Below, piece by piece: positions 1 through 13,149 of a DNA stretch of 64,000 bases. How positions within the stretch are numbered: position 1 is the stretch's first letter; each line of letters starts with the position of its first letter. A program made the translations under genes and the position numbers. The stretch spans positions 494,632 through 558,631 of the forward strand of contig NW_005434654.1 in assembly GCF_000315625.1 (NCBI RefSeq), in the 5' to 3' direction. This stretch comes from Guillardia theta CCMP2712 (Eukaryota; Protista; Cryptophyta). The notes beneath the pieces were generated by a model. That model ran no database searches. It saw nothing but the letters and a program-made list of their open reading frames with translations, and was not told where the DNA came from.

Positions 1-227
1 CCCCGAGGCAGGGACAGATACTATGAGAGGAAGAAGAGATGCTGGGTCACGGTCTGCAGTCAATGCGCGGGGGCGACTCTGATTGGACGCTGCGGCATTG
101 AAGTAGAGTAGTGCTGTCGCTAGGGGAACCAGTTTGGGATAGGGGATGGGGTGTGGGAGTGAGACAAAAAGCAACACGGACAATGAGAACCTGTAGTGTG
201 TAATGACCTCGTCCTCCCAGGTGAAGC

Positions 228-1075
228 ATGCGCAAGGAGCTTCTGGTGTCGTTCTCCTTCGCCATTGCGCTTGTGCTGCTGCTGCTTTGGCAGACCCAGA
301 CTCCCCGCTCCTCGCTCTACTACAACGATCGGGGTCTGTCGTACAAGGAGAAGGAGGCGATCAGAAAGTCCAAGGTGCCGCTGCCCCTTGACGCCATGAC
401 GATGCATCTGTGTCCTCACCAGATCCCAGGAGCTTGCAAGAGCAGCGGCTGGCAAGACTGAGCCTTCGCTCGTGGACACGTTCATGAAGGCTTGGAGGTG
501 CTGCAGCAGACGTTGGGACCGCGGGAAAGGCTGACGAGACGAGCAGGAGGGGGATGGTGGACATGCAGATGGTGTATGACTACAAGATCAGACCATGGGA
601 AGCAGCCCATGGGTTGAAGGGTATCGCACCCCTCCCTCCTCCCTCCGTTCATCCTATCTTCTCTCACCCTCTCCTACTCTTTCCATCCTCCTCCCGCTCT
701 CTCCCCAGGCCGTTACCTAGTCGACCGAACGCCCTCCTCTACCGGATTTGACATGGTCTCTGCTGCACAGACAAGCATGCCCAGCAGCTCAGGGTCGTCA
801 TGACTGAGTGCGTTGACTGCGTGTCTCGCTGCCCCGCCTACGTGAGCTTAGCTCTCTTGATTGTGGTGCGAGGGACTGACATGGGCACTGCACAACAGAA
901 GCAACATCCTTTCAAGGCAGACAACTTCGAGCAGTTCCAGGAGAAGGCGATGAAAAGATGTGGTGAGTTTGCAGAGAGGAGTTGGTCTTGTGACACTGAC
1001 CGGTGGGAAGGAAACTGCTTCGAGGGCGTGAAAGGCCCTTGCCCGGCCAACCGAGACAACCATGGCGTCTTGTGA
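228..1075 (+). CDS. Small signal-anchor/secreted Cys-containing hypothetical protein (multi-exon)
   Basis: MRKELLVSFSFAIALVLLLLW hydrophobic N-terminus. Short GT-AG introns link exons through MTECVDCVSRCP to ...GPCPANRDNHGVL*. Confidence 0.6.
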
Positions 1076-1226
1076 TGGGATAGGACCTGGCGAGCGGTCG
1101 AGCGCAGAGAAAGGAGAGGCAGGAGACCAAGGAATGAGGAGGAGAAAGCTTATTCATTTTCAATTTACAGCATGGAAGATCATGTACAACAGTAAAGATA
1201 GTAACCAACGTCTCAGTCTTGGTCCT

Positions 1227-4181
1227 CTACTCTTGCAGCTGCTCTTGCTTTGCGCGTCCCTGCCCCTTCTTCTCCGAGGGTTTCCGCATCCTGAGAACTT
1301 TGGTCTGCAGGAACTCCTCGAAGTCAAACTCCTCGGATGCCTCCTGACGTGTCACCATCAAACACCGTGGGGACGATCATAATCATGAGCTACCGAGTTG
1401 TTCAGCTCCGCCTGGATCCCGAAAAACTCCCTCGTCACGTTCTCAAACCTCTTCTGCCGTCCCCCAGGTCAGTCCTCCTCTCCTTCACCCCCTCTCGTCC
1501 TCCCCCTCTCGTCCTCCTCTGTTCTCAGACCTCCTCCCAGGACGACTTTAAGTCGGAAAGACCTTCCTCCGGGAGGACTTCAGATGGCCAACTGCCCTCC
1601 ACGTCACGGTTCGTGTCGCTGTCGGAGAAGCAGGTCACCCGAACTCTCGGCATGGGCCGAACTTCTCGTAGTACATGAAAGACGTGTCCGATTGCGAGGT
1701 GTCTAGGAGGAACCAGGGTGAAGAGACGAGGAGCAGCAGCAGCAGGGCAGGGGGGAAGGGGCAGGATGGCGCAGGACGAGACTCACCGTAGTGATGCTTG
1801 TGATTGACATCCTTCTTCCTGATGATCTGTCATGTCGCGTCATGACCACCAGCCTTCGCATCCTCGCAGGGCAGACATAATTGAGATGATTGATCATCAG
1901 GTTGGTGCAGAAATGAGCGGCGAGTGGGTCGACGTGCCTCGCCTGGCAGCAACTTTCAGCTGAGCAATGCTGAGGGTCTCGGCGGCACCTGCTCGATGTA
2001 GGGGTATGCTGCTGAGGCGTTGGGGAAGAAAGTGAGAAGCGTGGCAAGGTTGCAGGTAGCAGGGAGGCTTGTCGGGTCGATCTGAGAGGAGCGTGAGGGA
2101 GAGGGAGTTCGGACTAGGAGGAGGAGCACTTTGTAGGCAGCCTCGTAGCTTTCACGCGCCCTCGTCAGGTTCTCTATCATCCGAGGGTCTGTGATCTCCC
2201 TCAGCTCCAGGCTCGGATCTGCGAGCGTATCAAACCCTCCCCCTCCTCCAGTCTCGAGACACAGTTCTCTCTCATGGTCTCCGACGACATGGGAGGGTCC
2301 CAGCTCGCAGACGAGGACAGGAGGTGCGAGCTGCAAGCAGCAGCGTCACCCCACCCGCGAACCTCAGCTCCCCGACACGCTCACGAGGTTGTAGCGGACT
2401 CGTTCGACGACGAGTCGTCGGAGGACTCAATCTCTTCCCTCAGTCTCCTCCCTCGCGCCCTCGTCAACTCCGACGCTGCGGGCCCGTCATCCCCTCCCGG
2501 TCGCACTTGTGATTCTCACAGTTGAAAGCTGCTGTCGTCATGGGGTCTCGGGTGAGGAAACTTTCCGAGGAGGCGTCAGGGTCGTTCTGCAGGTTCAGGT
2601 GAGGGAGAGGCGGAACGCGCTGGCGTTTGCATGACTCACGGCCCAGACCCCATGCTCCGAGAGCTCATCCTCCTCTATCTTCTTGTACTTGAGCGTGAGC
2701 CCTGCGATCAGGCTCCCGCGGATGATCAGGGCCGGCACACAATTCTTCGGTGACGTCAGCATGGTTCAACAGCAGAAGCTCGCATCCAACCGGCGCCCGA
2801 CGCAGGACCTCGTTGAGGAGCGCCTCGACCTGCAAGGCATGTCGCGGTCAAGAGTCGGGCGATATCGTGGGTAAGGGCTCGCCCAGCACCTGTGCAAAGT
2901 CTTTCTTCTTGTACAATGCAAAAATCTGGTCCTTGAGACCCGAGATGTACTCCTCCTCCTCCTTCGAGGCGTCTGAAGGGACCCAGTTCTCCCAGAAAGC
3001 CTGGAACCTGCCGCTCAACCAACAGCAGGGCCTTAGGAGACGGGACCTCGATGAAGGAGAAGCAGTAGATCTTGTAAGGGATGTTCAGCTTCTCTATCCT
3101 TGGATCTGACAAGATGATGAGACGAGTACGAGCTCAAGTCAAAGGCATACCGACAACCCCCACCTTCTCCCTGTACATCTCTGCCCTCAGATTCCTCGTC
3201 TTCCACGCTTCCAGGTTTTCAGGGAGGAAGTTTGGAACCAGATCCTCGTCATCCTCCTCCTCCCTTCCTCTCCACCCTCCTTCCCTTTCGATCGAGCTCC
3301 TCCTGTCTGGCACGCGAAGGCTGCTCAGCAATGTTCAGGTACCAACGAGCTCGGCACGACCTCTCTCGTTCTCATCGAACAGGTCGAATGTCAAGTTCCT
3401 GACTTCCAGAAATTGCTCGTAGTGCCTGTCCATCTCCTCGGGGGGGCACTGCTCGTATTTGGCCGCAGCCTTCTTCATCGACGAGTGGGTCTCGTACCAG
3501 ATCCTGCGCCCAAACTCTCAGCTCAACCAACTACCAGCTCCAGCTCACCGATCCATGATCTGCCGGCATTGCTGCGAGGGCAGGGCCGTCTTGAGTCGCT
3601 CTGCGGCATCGGCCTCAGTGGCATCCACCTCATGGCCCAGAGCCCTACTCGATCGCTCCAGCTCGAGTTTGGAGATGTTGTGTATGTAGTCGTCGATCAA
3701 CCTCTTGATGTACCGCGCTGAATCCTTCTTGAAGAAGAGATCCTGCTTGATGAGATCCGTGTCGTACCTCTCTGCTAGGTCTGCAGGTGACCGTCAGACT
3801 GGCGCGAGCAGAAATAGGGATGGACCTGGTGGCAGCCTCTCAAAACCCTGCTCCCTGCGCATGCCACCCGTCAGCTCCAACACCATCTTCCTCCTCCTGG
3901 AGAGGCATATACCATCGTTCCAATATAGGATCTCTCCCCTTCCTTGGAAATCTGTCTGAGATTCGAAGCTCCCGGTTCGCAAACCTCTCCTCCCCCCAGC
4001 TCTCCCCCGGCTCTTCGTCATACTCTCGGCTGTCCCTGAGAGCCATGCTGGGGGGACCCCGCGACGAGCCCGTCGAGTCCCCGAAGCTGTTGGAGAGTGT
4101 TCGCACACACAAGGAGAGCAACAGGATAGAGGTACGGAGCGATGGAGGTGAGCGCCATGGGATATGCTTGTGGTCGACCAT
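1227..4181 (-). CDS. Multi-exon hypothetical helical (possibly TPR-like) protein
   Basis: Spliced exons include YISGLKDQIFALYKKKDFAQ|VEALLNEVLRRAP|NCVPALIIRG (TPR-like). The last exon reads QEASEEFDFEEFLQTKVLRMRKPSEKKGQGRAKQEQLQE*. Start is uncertain. Confidence 0.55.
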
Positions 4182-4933
4182 CGACCGTCGCCCTACCTCG
4201 TCCGACTTGCACTGGCCGTCCCTCGCCCCCTCTCTTCACCTCTCAACTGATCTTTCCCTGTCCTCACATCCTTCACTCACTCCCCTCTCCCTTCCTCTCT
4301 CCCCATCTCTCCTTCCATTGCGACTACTGACCAGCATTCTGTTGCTGAAGCCTAAAAGTTTGCCGCCCGGGGCCCGGGTCACGCGGCCGGAGTTGCCATG
4401 GCCCGGGCCGGCCGCCACTAGTAGCCTGAAGCCTGAGCCTCCGGCCGCCGTGTCAGTGATCGGCGCGGCGGCCCGGGGGGGGCCGGACACTGTGGCATCC
4501 GGTCACTGACGGCGCACCGTGTGCCGCGTTGAGGCGGCGGCCGCGCTGTCACGGCGCGGCACAAGGTTTGAGTACTAAGTGTCATTTTGGCAACAAGGTT
4601 TCAGTGTCGGAATGTTCACCAAAGATAATTGAAACTCTCAGGCCAGCCTGACTGATCACAACAGGGGTGACCGTGAATGATACAAGGATTTGTAAACAAT
4701 AACATCTGCGGCTAAGCATTGCTATTTACTGCCAAGCAGATACTTTGAATCTCCAAGATCAGGGGTTCATGTAAAAGGGAAGGTAGTACATCTTGAAAGT
4801 CCGACAATGTTTTCATTAGAGGACATGTTAGCTCCATTTCTTCTGGTCTCGATACCTCTCAAAGCAGCTGATCGTTTGCGGCTTATGCGTCAACCCCAGC
4901 AAACTTGGTCCAGCCTCGGAATATGTTTCTTTG

Positions 4934-6047
4934 TTACAGTGTTGTCACAGAGTGCTGCTGTCCGGGGCCAGCCTCCGGCGGAATATGTTTGTTTTTGTTT
5001 GTCAGCCCACTTGATGGCATTGATGTGCTCAACGATGACACGTCCGCCAGCATACAATTCTTCACAATGCTGGCAAAAACTTTGTGAACTTGTTTGTTGT
5101 TTTCAATTGCCATCCTTAAGTGATGCTGTAGTCGTTCACCCCTGAAAAATCCTCGGCAGAAGGATTGAAAGTTGAAAATTCTGGGGGAACCTTTGGGCCG
5201 TGTATATGTCATGTATGCCAGTGCACAGAAAAACAATTCATCCCTTGTCTCCTCGCAACCTTCCTGAATATTCAAGATATCTTGTGCAGTCGTCTTGAAC
5301 TGGTCAAAGTATGGTTTGATCTCCTCCACCAATTTGTTCAATTGCTCATTCGTGAGCGTAGCCGCACTGTCAAATTTAATCTCAGATTCTTTCGAGCCAG
5401 GTATCCGGGTAAACTTGGCCAGTGAGGTTTTGGATGTCAGTTTCTTGATTGCCGCGTTCAACTCCTTCACTTCTTTATCATGCTGTCTTTGTCTTTGCTT
5501 GAGCTGCATGCACTGTTCATTTAGAACTTTCAACTGTTCCTTCAGTTTTGCATGTTCTTCCATGCAGTGAGATGACAGTGTCAACGTTTTGCCTAGACTT
5601 GATCGACTCCAGAACTTATCTTTGTTTGTGCCCATTTCATGTAACAACCTTTTCACATCGGGACAGTTCTGCGATGTGTCGAAATAACCTTCGTATGCAG
5701 CCATGGTCTCGAGAGTTTGGTATGCTGGGCGGCTTACTCGCACGTCTACGTACTCCTCGATACCGGTTTGTAATATTGGTCGGGCACTTGCCAAAATCCT
5801 CACCCGGTCATGAATCTCGTACAAGTTACCGAAAGCTGCGAATCTTTCGAACCTGCATCAAGAACACGTCATTTGGATCTCTTCCCGTGATGATCCCGAA
5901 GAAAACAAAACAGATAAATGCTCACCATGACTTGTCTTGCTCTGTCAAACGCTGCACATCCTCATATCTGTACGGCTTCGCAGAGTTCACAGGGGTTAAA
6001 GTAATCTTTCTGCGAGGCTCTTCCATGATCGGCATCTTTACTTCCAT
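4934..6047 (-). CDS. Hypothetical coiled-coil protein
   Basis: 296-codon open exon (4934-5824) with heptads (HAKLKEQLKVLNEQCMQLKQRQRQHDKEVKELN). An upstream exon MEVKMPIMEEPRRK... is joined by short introns. Confidence 0.6.
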
Positions 6048-6670
6048 GATCACTTTGTAGGGCGGCGCCGCCGACTCGAGCCTGCCAGTGACTGAGCGGG
6101 GCCCGGCCGGGCCTCTACCCGGCGGGCCCGTCAGGCTGATGGACCCCTACCCCCTCCCTCCACCGGCTGAAAAGTCCGACAGACAATAGGAGGGGTGACG
6201 GTACAGTTATTGCTCGCTCTAGGACTCGCCGGGACCCCACCCCCGGCGCCACATGAGTACCCCCGAACTTCCCACGGGTGCACCGTCGCCGAATCTTCGG
6301 GCATCACCCGCAACCTGTGGTACCCTGTACTTGTCCCAGAAAATCGACGGACACTACCCGGTCCTTGACTGACTACCCACCGGTGACGGCTGCTAGCAAG
6401 ACCACCCCACCCCATCTGGGGAGTACTAGAGGTGCTGGAAGTTGACTGGGTGACTTGACTCCGTGGATTCCGAATGGCGAATGGAGGACTACCCCTACCC
6501 CCTCCTATAGTCCGGAAGGTGAGCCAAGTCTGCACCCCCACCCTCCCAGACATCAGGTAATGGACTTCTGGAAAGGGGTGGGGCGGTTGATGATCCGCAT
6601 ACTACCCCACCCCACCTCAAGTTGTGACTTTTTTTTTCCCGATTTTGCTCTCCCAAAACCCTGACCGACG

Positions 6671-8261
6671 ATGGCGGAAGCGGTGGAGGTGCTGGCGAAC
6701 CGCGCGAAGATGGTGCGGATAGGCCGGAAGGACGAGCATGGCGGGAACCATTATGCAGGTGGAAACAGCTTCAGCTCCTCCAAGGCTGGGAGTGCCTTCT
6801 CGAGGATCAGTAGCGGCCATGAGAGCACGACTATGATACCCGCAGCGGACGAGCACGGAGTGATCATCGAAGGGATCCTACAGAAGAAGATCATCAGGTG
6901 ATGTGACGAGCACGCGTTGATGTATCCCTGCCCCTGCATGCTCCGCTTGCTCATCGCCCTTGACTCGGCTCTCTGCCAGATCCACCGTGTCTTGGCAGCC
7001 ACAGAGAGTAAGGCTGTCGAGTACAGACATGGTGTTCTCAGACATCAAGACGGACGAGGTTCTGGACAGCATCTTCCTACACGAGATCGATCATGTCCTG
7101 AAAGCTGTAGACAGCGAGGAGGATCTCAAACCCAAGAACACCGGCAGCATGCTATTGATGGAGACGCGCGAGGATGAGATCATAGATAGTGACGACGACT
7201 CGAGGACCTTTGTCATCAAGACTTCAGCCGAGGGGCACAACCTGGGGAGAGTTTACTCGTACCGGACGTCTTCCGATCCAGAGTTCACCAACTGGTTGAA
7301 GTCGATCAAGAGTGCAGTCAAGCACGCGAAGCAGGAACATGAGAAGAAAGTTCTAATAGCGGAGATCGGAGACAGTAAGGTTGCACTGTTCCGCGCCCGG
7401 TTGAAGAGGCTCTACCAATCGAACCGCTATCAGTTGTGCCTTGCCATATGCATCTTGTTCTCCTACAGCATGGACGTCGTCGAAGCCGAGATCAACCCCG
7501 AGAGCGGCTCGTATATGGACAGAGCTCTCAGCCTTACTGACACAGTCACCTCAACCTTCTTCTGCTTCGAGGTCAGCCGACGGGAAGAGGTCGAGGGGCT
7601 TCTGACTCCCTTCACTTTACTCTCTGGCAGCTTGCCATCAACATGTTTGCCAAGAGCGCCAACAGATTCAAAGAGTTCTACTCCGATCCTTGGAACATTC
7701 TGGTACTGCCGGGGATGGTGTTGTTAACCTCCGCGCCGCCTGACCTCCTGCCCTCTTGCAAGGATTTCTTCGTTGTGACTACCTCCATGCTCACTGCCCT
7801 CATGCCGCTCGCCATGTCCTCGTTGCGAGTCCTGCGTCTCATAAGGTTGGTGGAAGACAAGGCAGGAGCCCCAATTCCTGTTCCTCTGCTCCTCCTCCTC
7901 CCCCTCCTCGCGCTCGTTCCATTCGTCCCCTTCGCTCTCTCTCCTTCTCTTGATTTCTGTCTGCTCACAGGATTTTCCGCGTCCTCAAGCTGGTGAGGAA
8001 GATGAAGTCTCTTCAGAGGATCATCGCTGCTCTTGTACCTACCTCATCTTGCTCTTCCACCCCCTCGCTCATCCTCCTGGACAGGGGTCGTCTGTCCTGC
8101 CTGTGGTCAACAGTTTCATCCTCCTCTTCCTTGTCACCTCCGTCTATGCGATGCTGGCGACTCATCTCTTCCGAGATCGTTCGGAGGAATTCTTTGGCAA
8201 CTTCTCTGCTTCCCTCTTCACGTATTGTTGCACGAACATCTTACTCCTCCTCCTCCTCCTC

Positions 8262-8294
<33 letters not shown>

Positions 8295-10054
8295 GTATTC
8301 CCCTTTCCTTCTAACTCCTCCTCCTCCTCGTCCTCACTGGCCTGCAGGATGTTCGAAGTTGTCACCACAGACGCCTGGGCCTCGATGATCACTCGCTCGC
8401 TCTTCGGCCCGCAGGGTCAGGTGGACAGGGCAGTTGCCTTCTTCTTCATCTCCTACGTCCTCCTTGCAGGGTGAGGGACCCTGAGAGAGGGTCGGGCAGA
8501 CCTGACGAGCTTGCGCTGCAGTCTGGTGCTGACCAACATCGTGGTGGCCGTGCTGCTCGACGAGTTTATCGCATATGTCTCAAGGGAGAAGGAGCAGATT
8601 GAGAGCCAGAAGGAGCAGGAGAGGGAGGCGGAGTGGATGGAAAAGAAAGTGACGGGGGTCCTGGACCCGCTCACTCACTCGCTGGCGCATTTCAATGACA
8701 ATGAAGACCTGACGACGAAGATCAGAACGACTTTCGACCGCCTCGACGTGGACAAGTCGGGGGGGCTTACGTTCGAGGAGTTCAAGACGAGGGTGAGAGA
8801 GCTGCCGACAGCTTCTCCTGTCCATCTCAACAAGGACGACTTCGACATCATCACTGAGCAGGGTGAGTTGACGGGGAATGGAATGAGATGAGATGAGATG
8901 AGATGGGATGAGATGAGATGGGATGAGATGAGATGGGATGAGATGGGATGAGATGGGATGAGATGGGAAGGGATGCGATGGGAAGGGAAGGGAAGGGAAG
9001 GGATGCGATGCGATGAGAAGGGAAGGGAAGGGATGGGATGGGATGAGGAGGTGGAAAGAGCACTGCGAGCACAGGCAAGCCTCAGATATCTGAGATGGGA
9101 TGTTAGTTTCGATCTCTTGTCAGCCCTGACCACTTCCTGTCAGGGGCCCTATGCAACGAGGACGGAGAATTTAGTGCGCAGCAGTTCCAGCACATGATGA
9201 GGGGGGAGATGAAAAACTTTGCGCAGCGACAGATGGCGAGCTCGATGGAGTGGACGCAGAGCAGAGAGCTGAGGTCGATCATGCTCATGCTCAAGATCCT
9301 GGGGATCTCCATCGACACGATCGCCAAGCAGACACGAGATACGCACACGAAGCAGGACAACCACCAGCAGGACAGCCTCGCGCTTGTGCTGAAGAAACTT
9401 GAGGGGATAGAGAGGGCCCTGCAGGAGGAGCAGGAGAAGAGGAGGAGGGTCACTTCTGCTGTTAAGAGCATCCACACCGACATCAGGACCCTCTGCGCGC
9501 ATTTCTCCCTCGACAACTCGAGGACGAGACCGCAGGAGCAGGAGGGGGAGATGAGGAACTCGGTCCCTCCCCAGGAGGCAGCAGAGAGCAGGAAGTCGCC
9601 GCTCGCGCAGGACGACGAGCTCCTGAAAAACTTCGGCCGTGTCTTCGAGCACTTCGAGGAGATGGAGGAGAACTTGGTGAGCATCTCGAACCGCGTCGAC
9701 AGCTTCCGCATGCTGGAGCAGCGGCTCGCCCTCCTCGAGAAGTTCGCGGCTTCTTCCATCTCCTCCCCCAGCTCCCAGGTTCCTCCCCCAGATTGGGGTA
9801 GCCCTGCTCCTCGACCCTCGCCCCCTGCAAACGGCCCTGGTCGTGCAGGAGCGGGAGGGAGACAGCGATCGGTCTCCCTGCGCGCCTCCTCAACTGACAG
9901 GTCATACAGCTCGCTGCTCTCGTTGGGCGACAAGTCGGACACAGTCATGATCAAGCGCGAGTTCGTGTCACAGCATCTCGTGCCAGCCAGTCTGACGAAG
10001 AAGCAGCTGCAGGAGCTGCAAGTCTCGTTTGCTCCCTCCCGCAAGGTTCCCTGA
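6671..10054 (+). CDS. Single-domain (6TM) voltage-gated Na+/Ca2+-type channel with N-terminal PH domain, EF-hand and C-terminal coiled coil
   Basis: PH-like EGILQKK..WQPQRVRL...EFTNWLKSIKSA; S3 DPWNILDFFVV; S4 LRVLRLIRIFRVLKLVR; pore FGNFSASLFTMFEVVTTDAWAS; S6 LVLTNIVVAVLLDEF; EF-hand DVDKSGGLTFEEF. Eight GT-AG introns traced. Confidence 0.9.
8245..8293. repeat. Intronic (CTC)n(CTA)n microsatellite
   Basis: Directly visible; lies inside a channel-gene intron. Confidence 0.95.
8875..9045. repeat. Intronic pentamer repeat (GATGA/GATGG/GAAGG)n
   Basis: Directly visible degenerate 5-mer array in the last channel-gene intron. Confidence 0.95.
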
Positions 10055-10275
10055 GCCTGTAGACAGGGGGGAGGTTGGGGGGATGAAGCAGAGTATAGAG
10101 AGAAGGCGGAGGAAGGGGGAAGACAGGAAGGAGAAGAGAGAGGAGGTATGGGGAGGGAATGCGGAAGGGAGTAAGGATGAATTAGTTCATTAATAAATTG
10201 ATACATCAATCATCAGCTCTCCAAATCTTATCTCACTGACGGGTAAATAACTTGTTTCTCCTCCTCCCTCCTCTC

Positions 10276-12263
10276 CTACTCCTGGAACTGCGCGGGAGGC
10301 CATCGGGCAAGCACCGACGGGCTCGCCCTCTTGACCTTGGGTACCCCTGGGAGCGGACCAGCCGCGATCGCGCGATGCTGTTGATGACGTCAGCACGAGG
10401 AGGAGGAGAAAGGAAGGCAACAAGAGGAGAACAGGACTCTGACCTCATGCTCTGGGCGCATCGGCGGCTTTGACATCCTGTTCAGCTCGTTGATGCGAGC
10501 GAACGCGTTGATCTGACCCGCCACTCCTCCCAAAGGCCCGTTGGCACTGTTGTGCAGCGACTCCGAGGAGATGGACTTGGTGTGCATGTCGTGCGACGGG
10601 GGTCGCGAGTTGAGGGGAGCGGTCATCGGGGAGGCAGGAGAGGAGGGGATCCCTCCGAGGATGCCAGGAGAGGGCTCTCGGCTCGACTGCAGCATGGGGG
10701 CAGGATAGTTCTCCTTCCCTTCCTCCGGGCAGTCGAACATCGGCTCGTCTCCTCCCTTCCCTGCTGGCAGCTGGTGGATAGGCTCTGCTGCCCCCCCGTC
10801 TGCAGGAGCAGGGCGCAGGCTGGCAGGCAGCAGGTCGTCGAAGTGCATGTTGAGCTTGCGGCGGCGGTCGATCTCGTTGTTACGGGTGATCATCTTGTTG
10901 AGGGCGAAGCTCTTGCGAGACTCCAGTCTCCAGTTGATCTGCAGACGCTGTCAGAGACGAGGGGGATCCGGCAGAGGAGGGGGCAGATCAAAACAGGAGA
11001 AATGAAGGATGATGGGAGGGAGGGGCTGGAGGAGGTGAAATTTTCTTGACGCGCGGGGAGAGAGACTGCGTGGAGGGACCCCGGGACCGCCCGCGGGGGA
11101 AGAGGACAAACATTTTTGGGGAGAGGGAAGAGCGGGAGGAAGGGGCTGGAGCAAGTTTATCGTCCTCACCTTGAGCAGCGTGATGTTGTGCTGAAACATC
11201 TCCAAGAAGTCATCGAGAGTCTTGTCGCCCCATCCTGACATCATCCTCAGTCCAACTTCTCCAACGTCAAGGGGGAGGTCAGCGCCATGACTCACTTGTC
11301 TTTCCTTGACTCATCAGATCGATGGATAACAGACTTCTGTTGCGACTGAGTCCTTTGGCCTTCACAGCAATCGTAAATACGGTTGAAAACCCCACCATCA
11401 AGCTTCCATACCAACGCAGAGCCTCCGTCATTGTTTATGTGGTTCTTCTGCAGATCGAGATGTTGTATACATGTGTTGCTCATTAGGCTCTCGGCAAGGA
11501 TTTCTGCTTCTTTGTCTCCAATACTGCAATTCTCAAGCTTGAGCTCCTTGACCTGCCACAAACATAACCATCGCGATGAGTTCCAAGCGAAGAGATGTCG
11601 CTACATGCTTGTTGTTCTTCAAAGCAGAGGCAAGTTGATGGGCGTATTCCTCGGGCTTGCACTGGAGATCCAATTAATGCGGAAGAAAAATGACACAGGC
11701 TTCAATCTTAAGCCCTTAGTCTCTTAATCTCAACTAACAATTCAACTCGTGTCTCCACTCACATTCTCCCATTCCTCTCTTTCTTTCCCCTCGTCACTCT
11801 CATCTCCGTCCCTACCTCTTATCCCCTCTTCCTCTATCCACATTTCCACCACAAGTCCCTCCCCACCTTCAACCTCCCCCCCCCCTCTCTCTCTGTCTCT
11901 CTGCCCCAACTCTCCTCCCAGCTCATCCATTCCATTCCCCACATCCTCTCAGAAGCCACCTGGAAGGCTGCTGCATTGCTCAGGTCAACGTGGACGAGGC
12001 TGGGATCGTTAGCAGAGATCTGCCCAGAGCGTCAACGGGGCACGTCCAACAGGAGGAGGAGAAGAGCCGCATCAACCTGCTTGATCGTGTCCGCAACGGA
12101 GGGCCCCCGAGTGACCCCCCAGTTTCTTTTCACTCCTTGCGTCTTGATTGGCGTGCCAACACTCGCAGCCTGAGCTGCCTGTTCGAACAACTGCAGGCTC
12201 GAAGTCACATGGCAGCTGAGGTGCGAACATGCTCCCAACCTTCATTCGTTCTGCCAATGACAT
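10276..12263 (-). CDS. Tropomodulin-like (RNI-type) LRR protein
   Basis: Spliced: MSLAERMK|LFEQAAQ...DTIKQ|ISANDPSLVHVDLSN...VKELKLENCSIGDKEAEILAESLMSNTCIQHLDLQKNHINNDGGSAL...FLEMFQHNITLLK|INWRLESRKSFALNKMITRNNEIDRRRK, then a Pro-rich tail ending SVLARWPPAQFQE*. This follows the tropomodulin C-terminal LRR plus cap-helix pattern. Confidence 0.75.
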
Positions 12264-13149
12264 GTACTCGTGGTTTGCTTCAGCACGGTTTCGCTACCAC
12301 CCCTGACCAACACCGGCCTCTGACACCTTAGGCAATCTTATTCTGCCGAGAAACAGAGTGAGACAAGCGAAAGAACGTGCAATGGCAACGAGCAGTCAAT
12401 ACGTGATCAACTTACATCTCCCCACAAAAAACATGCGTGTTGCCTTCGCCAGAGACCAAGGTGCCAGGTTCCTCCAACTGAAACATTCCACATCAATGTG
12501 TGTGAACATTCGACACCATCATGATAAATGTCTCTGCTTATTATGGTAAGTCTGATTTCTGCCTACAGAACTTCCTCCTTCGCTCGCTGAAGACATTAGA
12601 TCACAATTAGAGCACACACGTGCTCACTTCCGAACTGAGCAAGTGTCCTGGTTTCTTTTCACCTTCCATCTCTCGATCTTTGGTTGAATCTGCTTCTCTT
12701 ATTCTATTGTGGGTTTAATAATTGCCATAAATTTCCTCCCTCTCTCATCCTTCTGCATAACTCCTTCAAGTGCTGCTCCTACCTCTCCATTGCAAGGAAC
12801 ACACATCTCGTGTACATGAACCCCCGCATTTCTCTGGTAAATCTCTGCATAACAAGCAGCATTCGCCCTCGATTCACCCACGTAAATGTTTCGTAAAATA
12901 CGATGTCTACTCCACAGCGACTTTCTATTTTGCTTTTGAAAAGCAAGGACCGCGTCGCATCAACGAGTACGAAGGTTGTTTTCATCTCCCCATTTCTCGA
13001 GCTCTCATGTGCATTCCTAAGTTTTTCAGTCTCAAACCTTCAGCACACCGAGAGATAGTCTTTCCATTTCTCTCTTCATACTATCTATCGCACTCCCTAC
13101 TCCTTCCCGACGCTCTTCACCATTTCCGAACGCTCGCTCCCGTTTCCCC

